This document shows positions 55,833 through 64,000 of a DNA stretch of 64,000 bases, in pieces. The stretch is from assembly GCA_963664435.2 (NCBI GenBank), contig CAXXKM010000003.1, positions 1,504,001 to 1,568,000 of the forward strand, read 5' to 3'. The notes below the pieces were generated by a model that was given only the letters and a program-made list of their open reading frames with translations, made no database searches and was not told where the DNA came from. The stretch is from Longimicrobiales bacterium (lineage in GTDB: Bacteria > Gemmatimonadota > Gemmatimonadetes > Longimicrobiales > Gaopeijiaceae). The position numbers and the translations under genes are program-made. How positions within the stretch are numbered: the stretch's first letter is position 1; every line of letters begins with the position of its first letter.

Positions 55833-57089
55833 TCAGCGGCTGGATCGGAAGAAGCGGTCGGAAAGGGTCAGCAGCAACGGCGTGCCCACCGTCATCGTGA
55901 CGACGCCGCCGATCCGGAGGGCGTGGCTGTCATACTCCGGATCCTCGCCGTGCATCAGCATCACGTATCCCGCGGTCGTCGAGATCAGTCCGGCCATCGC
56001 GACGTGAAAGAAGCGCCCGCGCGATCGCCGCGTGCTCCCGGAGCGCGTCGCGGCGAGGCTGCCGGCGGCGCCGGGCAGGCTCAGCGCGAACACGCCCGTC
56101 GCCATCGTCGTCAGCGCTCCGCACTGAGTGTCAAACTGCGTGCCGTGCTCGGAGGATGCCATCCCCACGCATTGCTTCAGGGTCAGGTACCCGAGTCCCA
56201 CGCCCAGCGCGTTGGCGAGAACCGTGCTCCCGAAGACCTTCGCCGACGGGTGCGACTCCTCCTCCAGCGACCAGTCGTAGGCTCGCCTGGACGAGCTGCG
56301 GAACGGGTTTTGCCGCTCCGGAAGCCGCGCCAACCGGGACTCGATCAGGAGGGCTCCGCGCGCGCCTCGGTCGCCGTAGCGGATCACGGCCTCCAGAGGC
56401 GAGAGGACCTCGACACGTTCGAGATCGTCCAGGGAGAGACTCGAATAGATCTGCCCGGGATCCGCCACCGCCACCCCGTCCAGATACACGGCGATCTCGT
56501 CACACTCGCCGGCTCCGCTGCGCCGGTACTCCACGCACAGCCGGTCACCGCCCCTGGAGGCGCCGCGGACGCGTATGCCGGACATGCCGCCGCGCAGCAA
56601 ATCCCCAAGGTGCTGGCCGCTCCGGGCTGCCTGCTCGATTTCCTCCGCGGGAATCTCGTTGACGCTGAATCCGGACGTGAGGCGGCGGCGCTCGACTTCG
56701 CTGAGCGCCTCGACCACGATGGGCTGGAACTGGATGGCGCGCGGCGACATGAACGCCTCGATCCTCAGGTCCCTTCCCTGCTCGACGCCCACATGCTGGG
56801 CGTACTCTCCGTAGGCGATGTGCTCCAGCACCACCACGCGCTCGCCCACGGGGACGTCTTCCATGAGAAAGGTGCCGTTCTCGCCGGAGATCTCCTGCAG
56901 CACTCCGTCCGGCACGCTGATGCGGACCATCACCCCCGCAACCGGCTGGAAGGTGTCCTGGTCGACGATGCGGCCGAAGACACTGCCCGTGCCCGGCGCC
57001 GCTTCGGCATCCTGGGCGCTCGCCGGTGCGGTCAGCAGCAACGGGAGGATCGCGAGCGCGCTCTGGAGCCACCGAACCGTTGGTTTCAC
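55833..57089 (-). CDS. carboxypeptidase-regulatory-like + TonB plug-like domain protein with C-terminal hydrophobic helices
   Basis: GTG 57089 after GAGGA, GRIVD, HIAYG, VYLDG, LERVEV, YG..GA.G.LLI. Confidence 0.65.
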   Translation of the reverse strand: MKPTVRWLQSALAILPLLLTAPASAQDAEAAPGTGSVFGRIVDQDTFQPVAGVMVRISVPDGVLQEISGENGTFLMEDVPVGERVVVLEHIAYGEYAQHVGVEQGRDLRIEAFMSPRAIQFQPIVVEALSEVERRRLTSGFSVNEIPAEEIEQAARSGQHLGDLLRGGMSGIRVRGASRGGDRLCVEYRRSGAGECDEIAVYLDGVAVADPGQIYSSLSLDDLERVEVLSPLEAVIRYGDRGARGALLIESRLARLPERQNPFRSSSRRAYDWSLEEESHPSAKVFGSTVLANALGVGLGYLTLKQCVGMASSEHGTQFDTQCGALTTMATGVFALSLPGAAGSLAATRSGSTRRSRGRFFHVAMAGLISTTAGYVMLMHGEDPEYDSHALRIGGVVTMTVGTPLLLTLSDRFFRSSR

Positions 57090-57154
57090 TTCCTCTCCCG
57101 TTGATTGTGGCGGGGGAATCCGCCGCCGGGAAATGTACGGCCCCTTCCCTGCCC

Positions 57155-58291
57155 TCAAAAGATGTTGGCCTCGACGGGGATGTCCTCGCCGAAGCGATCG
57201 TGGCGGAAAGCGCTCACGTCGACGGTATGCGCTTCGCCGTCCGCGATGAGCTCCGACACCGCGCATCCCGTGGCCGGGGCGTGCATGATCCCGTGCCCGG
57301 AGAAGCCGCACGCGTCGATCCAGCCGCGGGCCCCCGGGTTGAAGCCGATGATGGGGCTGTTGTCCGGCGTGACCCCGTAGTACCCCCACCAGCTCCCCCG
57401 GCGGTCGACGCCGAGGTCCTCCCACCAGGGGAAGCGCTCGACGCCCGTGAGGAAGACATGCTCGAGCCAGTCCCAGTTCACCCCCTCGGTGAAGCCGTAT
57501 GCCTGGGTGAGGTCGTCCAGGCCGAAAAGAACGCGGTCGCCTTCGCTGCGCAGATAAACGCCGGTGGCGAGGTCGATGGTGAGGGGATAGGTGCGGGTGT
57601 CGCGCACGGGCGCGCTGAGAAAGATGTTGATGCGCTTGGGCCCCACCGGCACATTCAGCCCGGCCAGCTCGGCGACGGCGCCCGACCAGGCGCCCGCGGC
57701 GTTCACGAAGTGCGCGCACGACAAGGTCTCCCCGCCGCACCCGACCCTCCACCCCGTTCCTTCCGCCCTCACCCCGGTCACGGGGGAGGAGAACCGGTAG
57801 CGCACCCCCAGCTCCCGGCCCATCGCCACCCAGGCGTGCGTGGCCATGTGCGGGTCGATCACCCCGTCCCACGGCCCGTAGGTCGTTCCCGCCAGCCCGT
57901 CCGTCTCGAAGTCCACGTAGCGCTGGGCCTCGACCGGATCGACCACCTCCACGGGGGCGCCCAGGCTCTCCTGCAGCGCGACCGACTCCAGGTGCCGCTC
58001 CCACTTGTCGTGCGGGACCAGAAGCAGGTAACCGATGTCCCGGTAGCCGACCTCGTGTCCATGACGCTCCGGAAACTCCCGATACACGGGGAGGGAGTAC
58101 ATGGAAAGCCCGATGTTCGCGGCGGTTGTGAACTGTACCCGCACGCCCGCAGCGCTCCTGCCGGTGGAGCCCATCGCGGGCGCCACGTCCATCTCGGCCA
58201 CCAGCACGCTCAGGCCGCGGCGGGCCAGGTGCCAGGCGCAGGAGGCACCCATGATGCCGGCGCCGGCGACGACGACGTCGGGGTTCTTCAA
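57155..58291 (-). CDS. FAD-dependent oxidoreductase (DAO / sarcosine oxidase beta family)
   Basis: GAGIMG, STGRSAAGVR, NAAGAW, TPD..PIIG, GFSGHG. Confidence 0.9.
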   Translation of the reverse strand: MKNPDVVVAGAGIMGASCAWHLARRGLSVLVAEMDVAPAMGSTGRSAAGVRVQFTTAANIGLSMYSLPVYREFPERHGHEVGYRDIGYLLLVPHDKWERHLESVALQESLGAPVEVVDPVEAQRYVDFETDGLAGTTYGPWDGVIDPHMATHAWVAMGRELGVRYRFSSPVTGVRAEGTGWRVGCGGETLSCAHFVNAAGAWSGAVAELAGLNVPVGPKRINIFLSAPVRDTRTYPLTIDLATGVYLRSEGDRVLFGLDDLTQAYGFTEGVNWDWLEHVFLTGVERFPWWEDLGVDRRGSWWGYYGVTPDNSPIIGFNPGARGWIDACGFSGHGIMHAPATGCAVSELIADGEAHTVDVSAFRHDRFGEDIPVEANIF

Positions 58292-59298
58292 TTCCCGGAC
58301 AACGCCAGCAGGCTTCGGGGATCGACGCTGGTCGTGCCGTAGCGCACCACCCAGTGCAGGTGCGGGCCGGTGACCCGTCCGGTGGCGCCCACCCGTCCGA
58401 TGGGGGTTCCGGCCTTGACGGTATCGCCGGTCGCCACCAGTTGCTCACTCAGGTGGAAGTAGCCGCTCAGCAGCCCGCCGCCGTGGTTCAGGTAGACGAT
58501 GTTGCCGGCGAGCAGAAAGCCGTCCACCAGCGCCACCACCCCGTCGGCGGCGGCCCGCACGGTGTCCCCGGGCAGCCCGGCCAGGTCGAGCCCCATGTGC
58601 CGGCTGGAGATCTGCCCGTTGAACTCGCGGCCGGTGCCGAAGCCGCTGGTCACGCGGGAGTCGCGCGGCAACACCACCTCGGGGCTCCAGAGTCTGGGCG
58701 CGGCGTGTGCCTCCCGCGCCACCTGGTTGGCCTTGGCCTGGTCTTGCCGCAGCCGCGCCTGGTCCTCCTCGTTGAGCGGCGACCCGAAGCGCGGCGCCAC
58801 CGTCAGGCGCTCGTGCTCGTACTCGCCCTCCATGATCGCGATGCGCACCGAATCGGTCTGGGTGCGGCCGTCCGCGTAGCTCGCCGTCACCCACGCGTCG
58901 ATAGAATCCGTGGCCCCGATGGGAACCGGCGCCAGGCTCGCCAGCACCGTGTGGGCGGGTGTTGCCTCGTCTGCGGATGTTGGCTCCTCTGCGGATGCCG
59001 CTCCGTTGGTCGCAGGGACAGGGCCGGCCGACTGGAAGTGCAGCTCCTCGCCCCCGGCCTCGCCCGTGGCCGACACCAACCCGTCCACCCCCGGCGCCGC
59101 CACGCGGATGAGGAAGAGATGGCCCTGAACCGGGAGCACCGGCTCCCAGCCAACCTCGATGGGCGCCAGCTCCGGCAGCGGGGGTTCCCGGAAGCTGAGA
59201 AACAGCAATCCCGCCACCCCGGTCAGCGCCAGACCCGCGAGCCCGGTCCACACGCCGCCGTGCGGCCTCCTTCTCCGGTTGGGCGCGGCCATCGCCAT
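58288..59298 (-). CDS. M23 family metallopeptidase
   Basis: HMGLD, YFHL, TGPHLHW. Confidence 0.9.
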   Translation of the reverse strand: MAMAAPNRRRRPHGGVWTGLAGLALTGVAGLLFLSFREPPLPELAPIEVGWEPVLPVQGHLFLIRVAAPGVDGLVSATGEAGGEELHFQSAGPVPATNGAASAEEPTSADEATPAHTVLASLAPVPIGATDSIDAWVTASYADGRTQTDSVRIAIMEGEYEHERLTVAPRFGSPLNEEDQARLRQDQAKANQVAREAHAAPRLWSPEVVLPRDSRVTSGFGTGREFNGQISSRHMGLDLAGLPGDTVRAAADGVVALVDGFLLAGNIVYLNHGGGLLSGYFHLSEQLVATGDTVKAGTPIGRVGATGRVTGPHLHWVVRYGTTSVDPRSLLALSGN

Positions 59299-59363
59299 CC
59301 GTCGTTCCCCCTTTCTTGCCTGTCAGTTCGACCGCGCCAGCGTCCGCGCGGCCCGTTCTCCGA

Positions 59364-59436
<73 letters not shown>

Positions 59437-59583
59437 GACCGCAATTATACAGGGCAGCCCCTCTTCCGAGCCATCTACGCCGGGACGCCCGGCTCCGCGT
59501 CCTCTCGTCTCTCTCGTCATCCCGAGCAGCCCGGGAACGAACTCCCGCCAACATTCGAGCCGGCGCTCCGGGCTCGCGCGGAT

Positions 59584-60231
59584 TCATCCACGGACCGCCA
59601 GCTCCAGCTGCTCGAGCCCGAAGGTCAGGCGATGATGGGGCGTGGGGCCGAAGCGCCGCAGCGCGGCGCGGTGCTCCTCCGTGCCGTACCCCATGTTTCG
59701 TTCCCAGCCGTACTCCGGATAGCGGGGCGCGAGGCGGGTCATGAGGCGATCGCGGCACACCTTGGCAACGATCGAGGCGCAGGCGATCGAGTGCACCAGC
59801 GCGTCCCCGCCGACCACCGCCTCGTGCTCGCAGGCGAGGTCCCGCATCCGCAGACCGTCCACCACGACGTGGTCGGGCTCCCGGGGGAGCCGGCGGATCG
59901 CCCGTTCCATGGCGCGCCCCGTCGCCCGCAGGATGTTGATCTCGTCGATCTCGCGCGCCGAGGCAGCCCCCACGGCGACGGCGACGGCCTGCTCCCGGAT
60001 CCGCCGCGCCACCTCTTCCCGTTCCTCGCGCGAAACCCGCTTGGAGTCGTCCGCGCCCTCCACGCCCACCCCCCGGGACAACACCACGGCGGCGGCCACC
60101 ACCGGACCCGCCAGCGGTCCCCGACCCGCTTCGTCCACGCCGGCGACCCCGACAAGACCGCGGCTCCAGAACCCGCGCTCGTAGTCGAGCGGGATCCGGA
60201 GCCGCGAATCAACGTTCTGTCCCGGCGTCAT
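59584..60231 (-). CDS. rnhB: ribonuclease HII
   Basis: [34 protein letters not shown]. Confidence 0.95.
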   Translation of the reverse strand: MTPGQNVDSRLRIPLDYERGFWSRGLVGVAGVDEAGRGPLAGPVVAAAVVLSRGVGVEGADDSKRVSREEREEVARRIREQAVAVAVGAASAREIDEINILRATGRAMERAIRRLPREPDHVVVDGLRMRDLACEHEAVVGGDALVHSIACASIVAKVCRDRLMTRLAPRYPEYGWERNMGYGTEEHRAALRRFGPTPHHRLTFGLEQLELAVRG

Positions 60232-60244
60232 CGCCGGTATGGGG

Positions 60245-60601
60245 TCAACGGGTCCGCTTCTCCGGGATGCGCGCCGCTTTCCCGCGCAAGCCGCGCAGGT
60301 AGTAGAGCTTCGCCCGTCTCACCCGCCCGCGCCGCACCACGTCGACACCCTCGATCCACGGCGACAGGTAGGGGAAGATGCGCTCCACGCCGATCCCCCC
60401 GGAGATCTTGCGCACCATGAAGGTCTCGCCCATGCCTCCGCCACGCCGGGCGATGCACACGCCTTCGAAGACCTGAATGCGCTCCTTGCGGCCCTCGCGA
60501 ACCCGGTAGCGCACGCGTACCGTGTCGCCCGCCGCGAAGGCCGGAAGATCAGTGCGCGCATGCTCCCTGTCGAGTTCCTGCAGCAGATCGGCCATGTCCA
60601 C
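60245..60601 (-). CDS. rplS: 50S ribosomal protein L19
   Basis: [30 protein letters not shown]. Confidence 0.97.
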   Translation of the reverse strand: MDMADLLQELDREHARTDLPAFAAGDTVRVRYRVREGRKERIQVFEGVCIARRGGGMGETFMVRKISGGIGVERIFPYLSPWIEGVDVVRRGRVRRAKLYYLRGLRGKAARIPEKRTR

Positions 60602-60726
60602 CCCCTCAGGCGCTGTTCAGCCGAGAAGTGTTATCGATGCGTATCGGTTGCGCCACAGGGGAGGCATCCCCCGTGCAGCATGAAAAGCTAACGCGACCCG
60701 ATTCATCCGTGAAGGCCGGGGGTCCG

Positions 60727-61257
60727 CTAGCGTCCGAATAACCTCCCGATCGCAGCTACTCCGACGGCGAGGCCCGCGGTGAAGCTCTGCGTTCCTCCCT
60801 CGCCGGGTCGCTCGCCGGCCTCCCCGCCCTCGACGCCGAGCGCGGCAAGGGCCAGACCCGCGGTTCCCGCAGCCACGGCGACACCGAGCACAACACTCCG
60901 CGTCCGCGAGAACTCGCGCACCTCGATGCTCGCGAGACCGTCGCGGGCCACCTGCAGGGTGTCGTACTGCACGACTTCGCGGAACGCACCGATGACCTGC
61001 CGGCTGCTGGCTTCAAAAAAGACCGTGTCCCCGAAGCTGATGATCAGCCCCTCTATGGCCACCGTCTCCGGCGGCGAGTTGGGATCCACGATCGCGGACT
61101 GGATCGGCACACGCAGCCGGGCCACGGAGCCGACCGGCGCCTCCTCCACCAGACGGTAGGTGTAGCAGCCGGAGGCGAGCGGCAAAACACACAGCAGAGC
61201 CGCGAACAGCATGCGGCGCAGCGCGCCCAACGGATCAGAACGCCACATCGAGATCAC
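60727..61257 (-). CDS. hypothetical lipoprotein with C-terminal hydrophobic segments
   Basis: LASGC lipobox, RTRSVVLGVAV. Confidence 0.6.
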   Translation of the reverse strand: MISMWRSDPLGALRRMLFAALLCVLPLASGCYTYRLVEEAPVGSVARLRVPIQSAIVDPNSPPETVAIEGLIISFGDTVFFEASSRQVIGAFREVVQYDTLQVARDGLASIEVREFSRTRSVVLGVAVAAGTAGLALAALGVEGGEAGERPGEGGTQSFTAGLAVGVAAIGRLFGR

Positions 61258-61693
61258 GTGTCAGAAGCTGGTTGAAGGCATAGACGAAATGCCAGGGATC
61301 ACCGGGGAATATTCCACCGGCCTCGTTTACCAGGTTGCGGTCGTCCACGTCGACGATCACGTGGACGTCGAGCGTGTCGGAGCCCAGAGACTCCGCCTGC
61401 ACAAACCAGCGCCGGTCGATCGAAATATCGATCGCCCGGGTGAACGGGACTTCGTGAAGGATCGTGTCCGACCTGACGACCTGGACCCTGGTGACTCCAA
61501 ACTCGTTGACGCCGGCCACGAACTGCGTCGAGTAGATGACGCGTACCTGCTGGCCCGCCTCGCCGTTCATCTCGAAAAAGATGTTGCGAGGGGTCGGGTC
61601 GTCGAAGACTTCGCAACCGGACGTCGCGAGCAGCGCAACGGCGACCAGCAGCCCCTTCACGGCGGATGCGCGATTCACGGCCACTTGTGACAC
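61235..61693 (-). CDS. hypothetical lipoprotein
   Basis: ATSGC lipobox, beta-rich mature part. Confidence 0.6.
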   Translation of the reverse strand: MSQVAVNRASAVKGLLVAVALLATSGCEVFDDPTPRNIFFEMNGEAGQQVRVIYSTQFVAGVNEFGVTRVQVVRSDTILHEVPFTRAIDISIDRRWFVQAESLGSDTLDVHVIVDVDDRNLVNEAGGIFPGDPWHFVYAFNQLLTRDLDVAF

Positions 61694-61706
61694 AGGCGAC
61701 AGGCCG

Positions 61707-61745
61707 AAACGGCGGGGGCACCCTCAAAGCGAGGGTACCCCCACC
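61707..61745 (-). terminator. hairpin downstream of SusD-like gene
   Basis: Minus strand GGTGGGGGTACCCTC-GCTTT-GAGGGTGCCCCCGCC-GTTT. Confidence 0.55.
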
Positions 61746-61751
61746 CTTGTC

Positions 61752-63083
61752 TCAGCCGCCGCAACCCAGTCCGTTCAGGTGGCAGTTGGCCCTGATTTCG
61801 ATGATCGAGATCGGGAGCATGGTGCCGGGTGCCGACGAGGCGGCGGAGGCGCCCTGCCACTTCGGGTCCTTGAGTCCCCAGCGGTACATGTCCGCAAGGC
61901 GCAGGCCCTGCAGCATCACGTTGACGCGGCGCGTGTGCTGGAGCATCTCCATCTCGGAGATCTGACCGCTGTAGGGCGTCAGGCCGTCCAGCGCGCGGAT
62001 GTGGTTGATGTGAGTGGTGAACGCACTCGAATCCATGCTCTTGAGCGCGTTCTCCGCCAGAATCAGGTGCATCATCCGGGCCGAGGCCAGCGTGAGGGGC
62101 GGATAGATGCCGCCCTTGTTCAGGTAGCTGCCGCCCTTCCACTGGTTCAGCCACTTGATGACCGCCGGATCATCGACGCCGTCGATGGGATCCTGCAGCG
62201 CGATGCCGTTGATGTCGTTCTGGTCATCCACCGTCGCGATCGACAGGTCGATCTGGTTCTCCTTGCGGTCGTTGACCCAGGAGGCCATGGAGTTGGACCG
62301 GCTGGCGCTCGAGAACGTCAGGTTGTAGGTCCAGTCCGCGGCGACGTTCGCAAGCACGTCGTTCGCGTCCGCCCCGGCCTCGGCCGAAGACGCCAGCCCG
62401 TCGTCCCCCGAGGGCGACGGGTTGATCACGTCCCAGATCGCCCGGGATTGCCGGGCGCGGGCGCGCAGGGCCTTGGCCTGGATGGCCATGTCGGTGGCTC
62501 CGACTTCGTTGAAGCCGGAAATGGCGGTCGAAAACCTCTCGATCGCCCCGTCCAGGACCTGATACATGTTCTCGGCACCGATAGGCGCTCCGCTCTCGGT
62601 CTTGTCCGAGAACGCGAAGTCCTCCTGAATCTCGCCGATCACCATGTACATGATGCCCGAGTACAGGTAGGCCCGGGCCAGATCGGTCTTGATCGCGGTG
62701 GAGGGGTTGTTCGAATGGTGTTCGGTAAGGATTTCGATGGCTTCGTCGCTCATCCACCGCCCCTGTCCCATTGCCGGGAACGGGCCGTCGATGAACTCGT
62801 TCAGCGGATCGGACACGAAGCCCAGATCAAGCGAGAGCCAGGCGTCCCTGGATCCGATCCAGCGCATCTCGTCGGAAGCGACCAGATACGGCTGCCACGA
62901 CTGGGATACAGACGACGAAACGAGGGTGAGCGCGCCGTTGACGACGGCGGCGGCGGCGGCTTCGGAGCGGATGTCCTCCTCCACCAGGCTGTTGGGATTG
63001 TTGACGTCCAGGATGTCGCAGCCTCCGAGCGCGAACGCGGCCAGAAGGGGTGCGACCCAGGCTTTGATGTTTCGGTTCTTCAT
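61752..63083 (-). CDS. SusD/RagB-like lipoprotein
   Basis: LGGC lipobox, LDVNNPN, LILAE, LQGLRLADMYRW, PISIIE. Confidence 0.8.
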   Translation of the reverse strand: MKNRNIKAWVAPLLAAFALGGCDILDVNNPNSLVEEDIRSEAAAAAVVNGALTLVSSSVSQSWQPYLVASDEMRWIGSRDAWLSLDLGFVSDPLNEFIDGPFPAMGQGRWMSDEAIEILTEHHSNNPSTAIKTDLARAYLYSGIMYMVIGEIQEDFAFSDKTESGAPIGAENMYQVLDGAIERFSTAISGFNEVGATDMAIQAKALRARARQSRAIWDVINPSPSGDDGLASSAEAGADANDVLANVAADWTYNLTFSSASRSNSMASWVNDRKENQIDLSIATVDDQNDINGIALQDPIDGVDDPAVIKWLNQWKGGSYLNKGGIYPPLTLASARMMHLILAENALKSMDSSAFTTHINHIRALDGLTPYSGQISEMEMLQHTRRVNVMLQGLRLADMYRWGLKDPKWQGASAASSAPGTMLPISIIEIRANCHLNGLGCGG

Positions 63084-63099
63084 GAGTCTCTCTCCTGGA

Positions 63100-64000
63100 T
63101 CAGAACGTGAAGCGCGTGGACAGCGTGAAGCGCCGCGGCACCGGAATGCCCCAGCCTTCCGTCGAGTCCAGGAAGTTGCAGCTCAGGCCTTCGTTGCAGC
63201 GACCGAGCACGTTGCCCTCGGGATCCATGCCCGGGTAGTCGCCCAGCATGAAGAGCCTCAGGTTGCGCACGCCCAGGTTCACAGTGGCGGTGGACATGCC
63301 CCAGCCCTCCACGATCGTCGCCGGCACCCGGTAGGTGAGCGACAGCTCGCGCACCTGGATCCAGTCGGCGTCGTAGACCCCGTTCATCCCGCTCATCGGC
63401 GAGAGGCCCTCGACTTCGTGGGCCCACGCGATCGCGGCCTCCAGTCGCTGTTCCGCGGATGATCCCGGGTTCAGCATGGCGGCGTAGAGCTCAGCCGAGC
63501 GCGGCGTGTTGCGGCCGATGAAGTTGTTGGCCCGCCGGAACATCCCCGAGAGATCCTGCACCTGGTGACCGAACTTGTACTCCATGAGCGAGTTGAGCTC
63601 GAAATTGCCCAGGAACGCCAGGTTGAACCCGAACGAACCGGCAAAATCGGGGGTGGGCTTGCCGAGATAAGTGTCGAGCAGCCCCGTGCCGCAGTTGTGC
63701 GACGCCAGCCCGCCGTTCGGCGTGCCGAAGGTCTCGTTGCCGATCGCCAGCGGCTTGAAACTGTTCGGGTTGCGTGGCTGGCTGAAGTATGCGAGCGCCT
63801 GCTCACGCGTCGGAGCCACGCACTCGCCGCTGACCGGAGAGAGAATGTTCAGCGGAATGTCCAGGTCCGCGACCCTGGCGCCGAAGAAGGCACCGGGCGT
63901 GTAGCCCTCGGTGAGGAAGTTGCGGTAGCGCGGGTAGCTGCCGCCGGTCTTCAGGGGAGGAGCACCGCCCATGTCGGTGATCTCCTCCTTGAGGTAGGCG
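63100..64000 (-). CDS. SusC/RagA-like TonB-dependent receptor, C-terminal part
   Basis: GKPTP, DADWIQVRELSLTY, YPGMDPE, PRRFTLSTRFTF; open to the window end. Confidence 0.85.
   Translation of the reverse strand, partial: AYLKEEITDMGGAPPLKTGGSYPRYRNFLTEGYTPGAFFGARVADLDIPLNILSPVSGECVAPTREQALAYFSQPRNPNSFKPLAIGNETFGTPNGGLASHNCGTGLLDTYLGKPTPDFAGSFGFNLAFLGNFELNSLMEYKFGHQVQDLSGMFRRANNFIGRNTPRSAELYAAMLNPGSSAEQRLEAAIAWAHEVEGLSPMSGMNGVYDADWIQVRELSLTYRVPATIVEGWGMSTATVNLGVRNLRLFMLGDYPGMDPEGNVLGRCNEGLSCNFLDSTEGWGIPVPRRFTLSTRFTF

Overview
High-GC bacterial window, mostly protein-coding. The gene content (DUF5916 proteins, NRAP/cadherin-like lipoprotein, SusC/SusD pair, NHL protein, several TA modules) resembles Gemmatimonadota, possibly a host- or sponge-associated lineage; that assignment is inference only. 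Core and metabolic genes include apt, Lhr helicase, GGT, MATE, a PaoABC/YagTSR-like molybdoenzyme, a fatty-acid desaturase, an amidase, tRNA-Lys(UUU), rnhB and rplS. An accessory block at about 26.9-39.5 kb holds the most unusual signal, a tightly spaced + strand cluster: a Tat/lipoprotein-signal protein with 76 consecutive serines, an Ig/IPT-HExxH surface lipoprotein, a GT9 glycosyltransferase with a TibC/Aah-like Cys cluster, and a Ser/Thr kinase. I hypothesise this is a dedicated poly-serine modification (O-glycosylation and/or phosphorylation) system. It is followed by a frameshifted relaxase remnant, an orphan RND permease and a 5' ispH-like fragment. All product calls come from motif recognition by eye, with no database searches.
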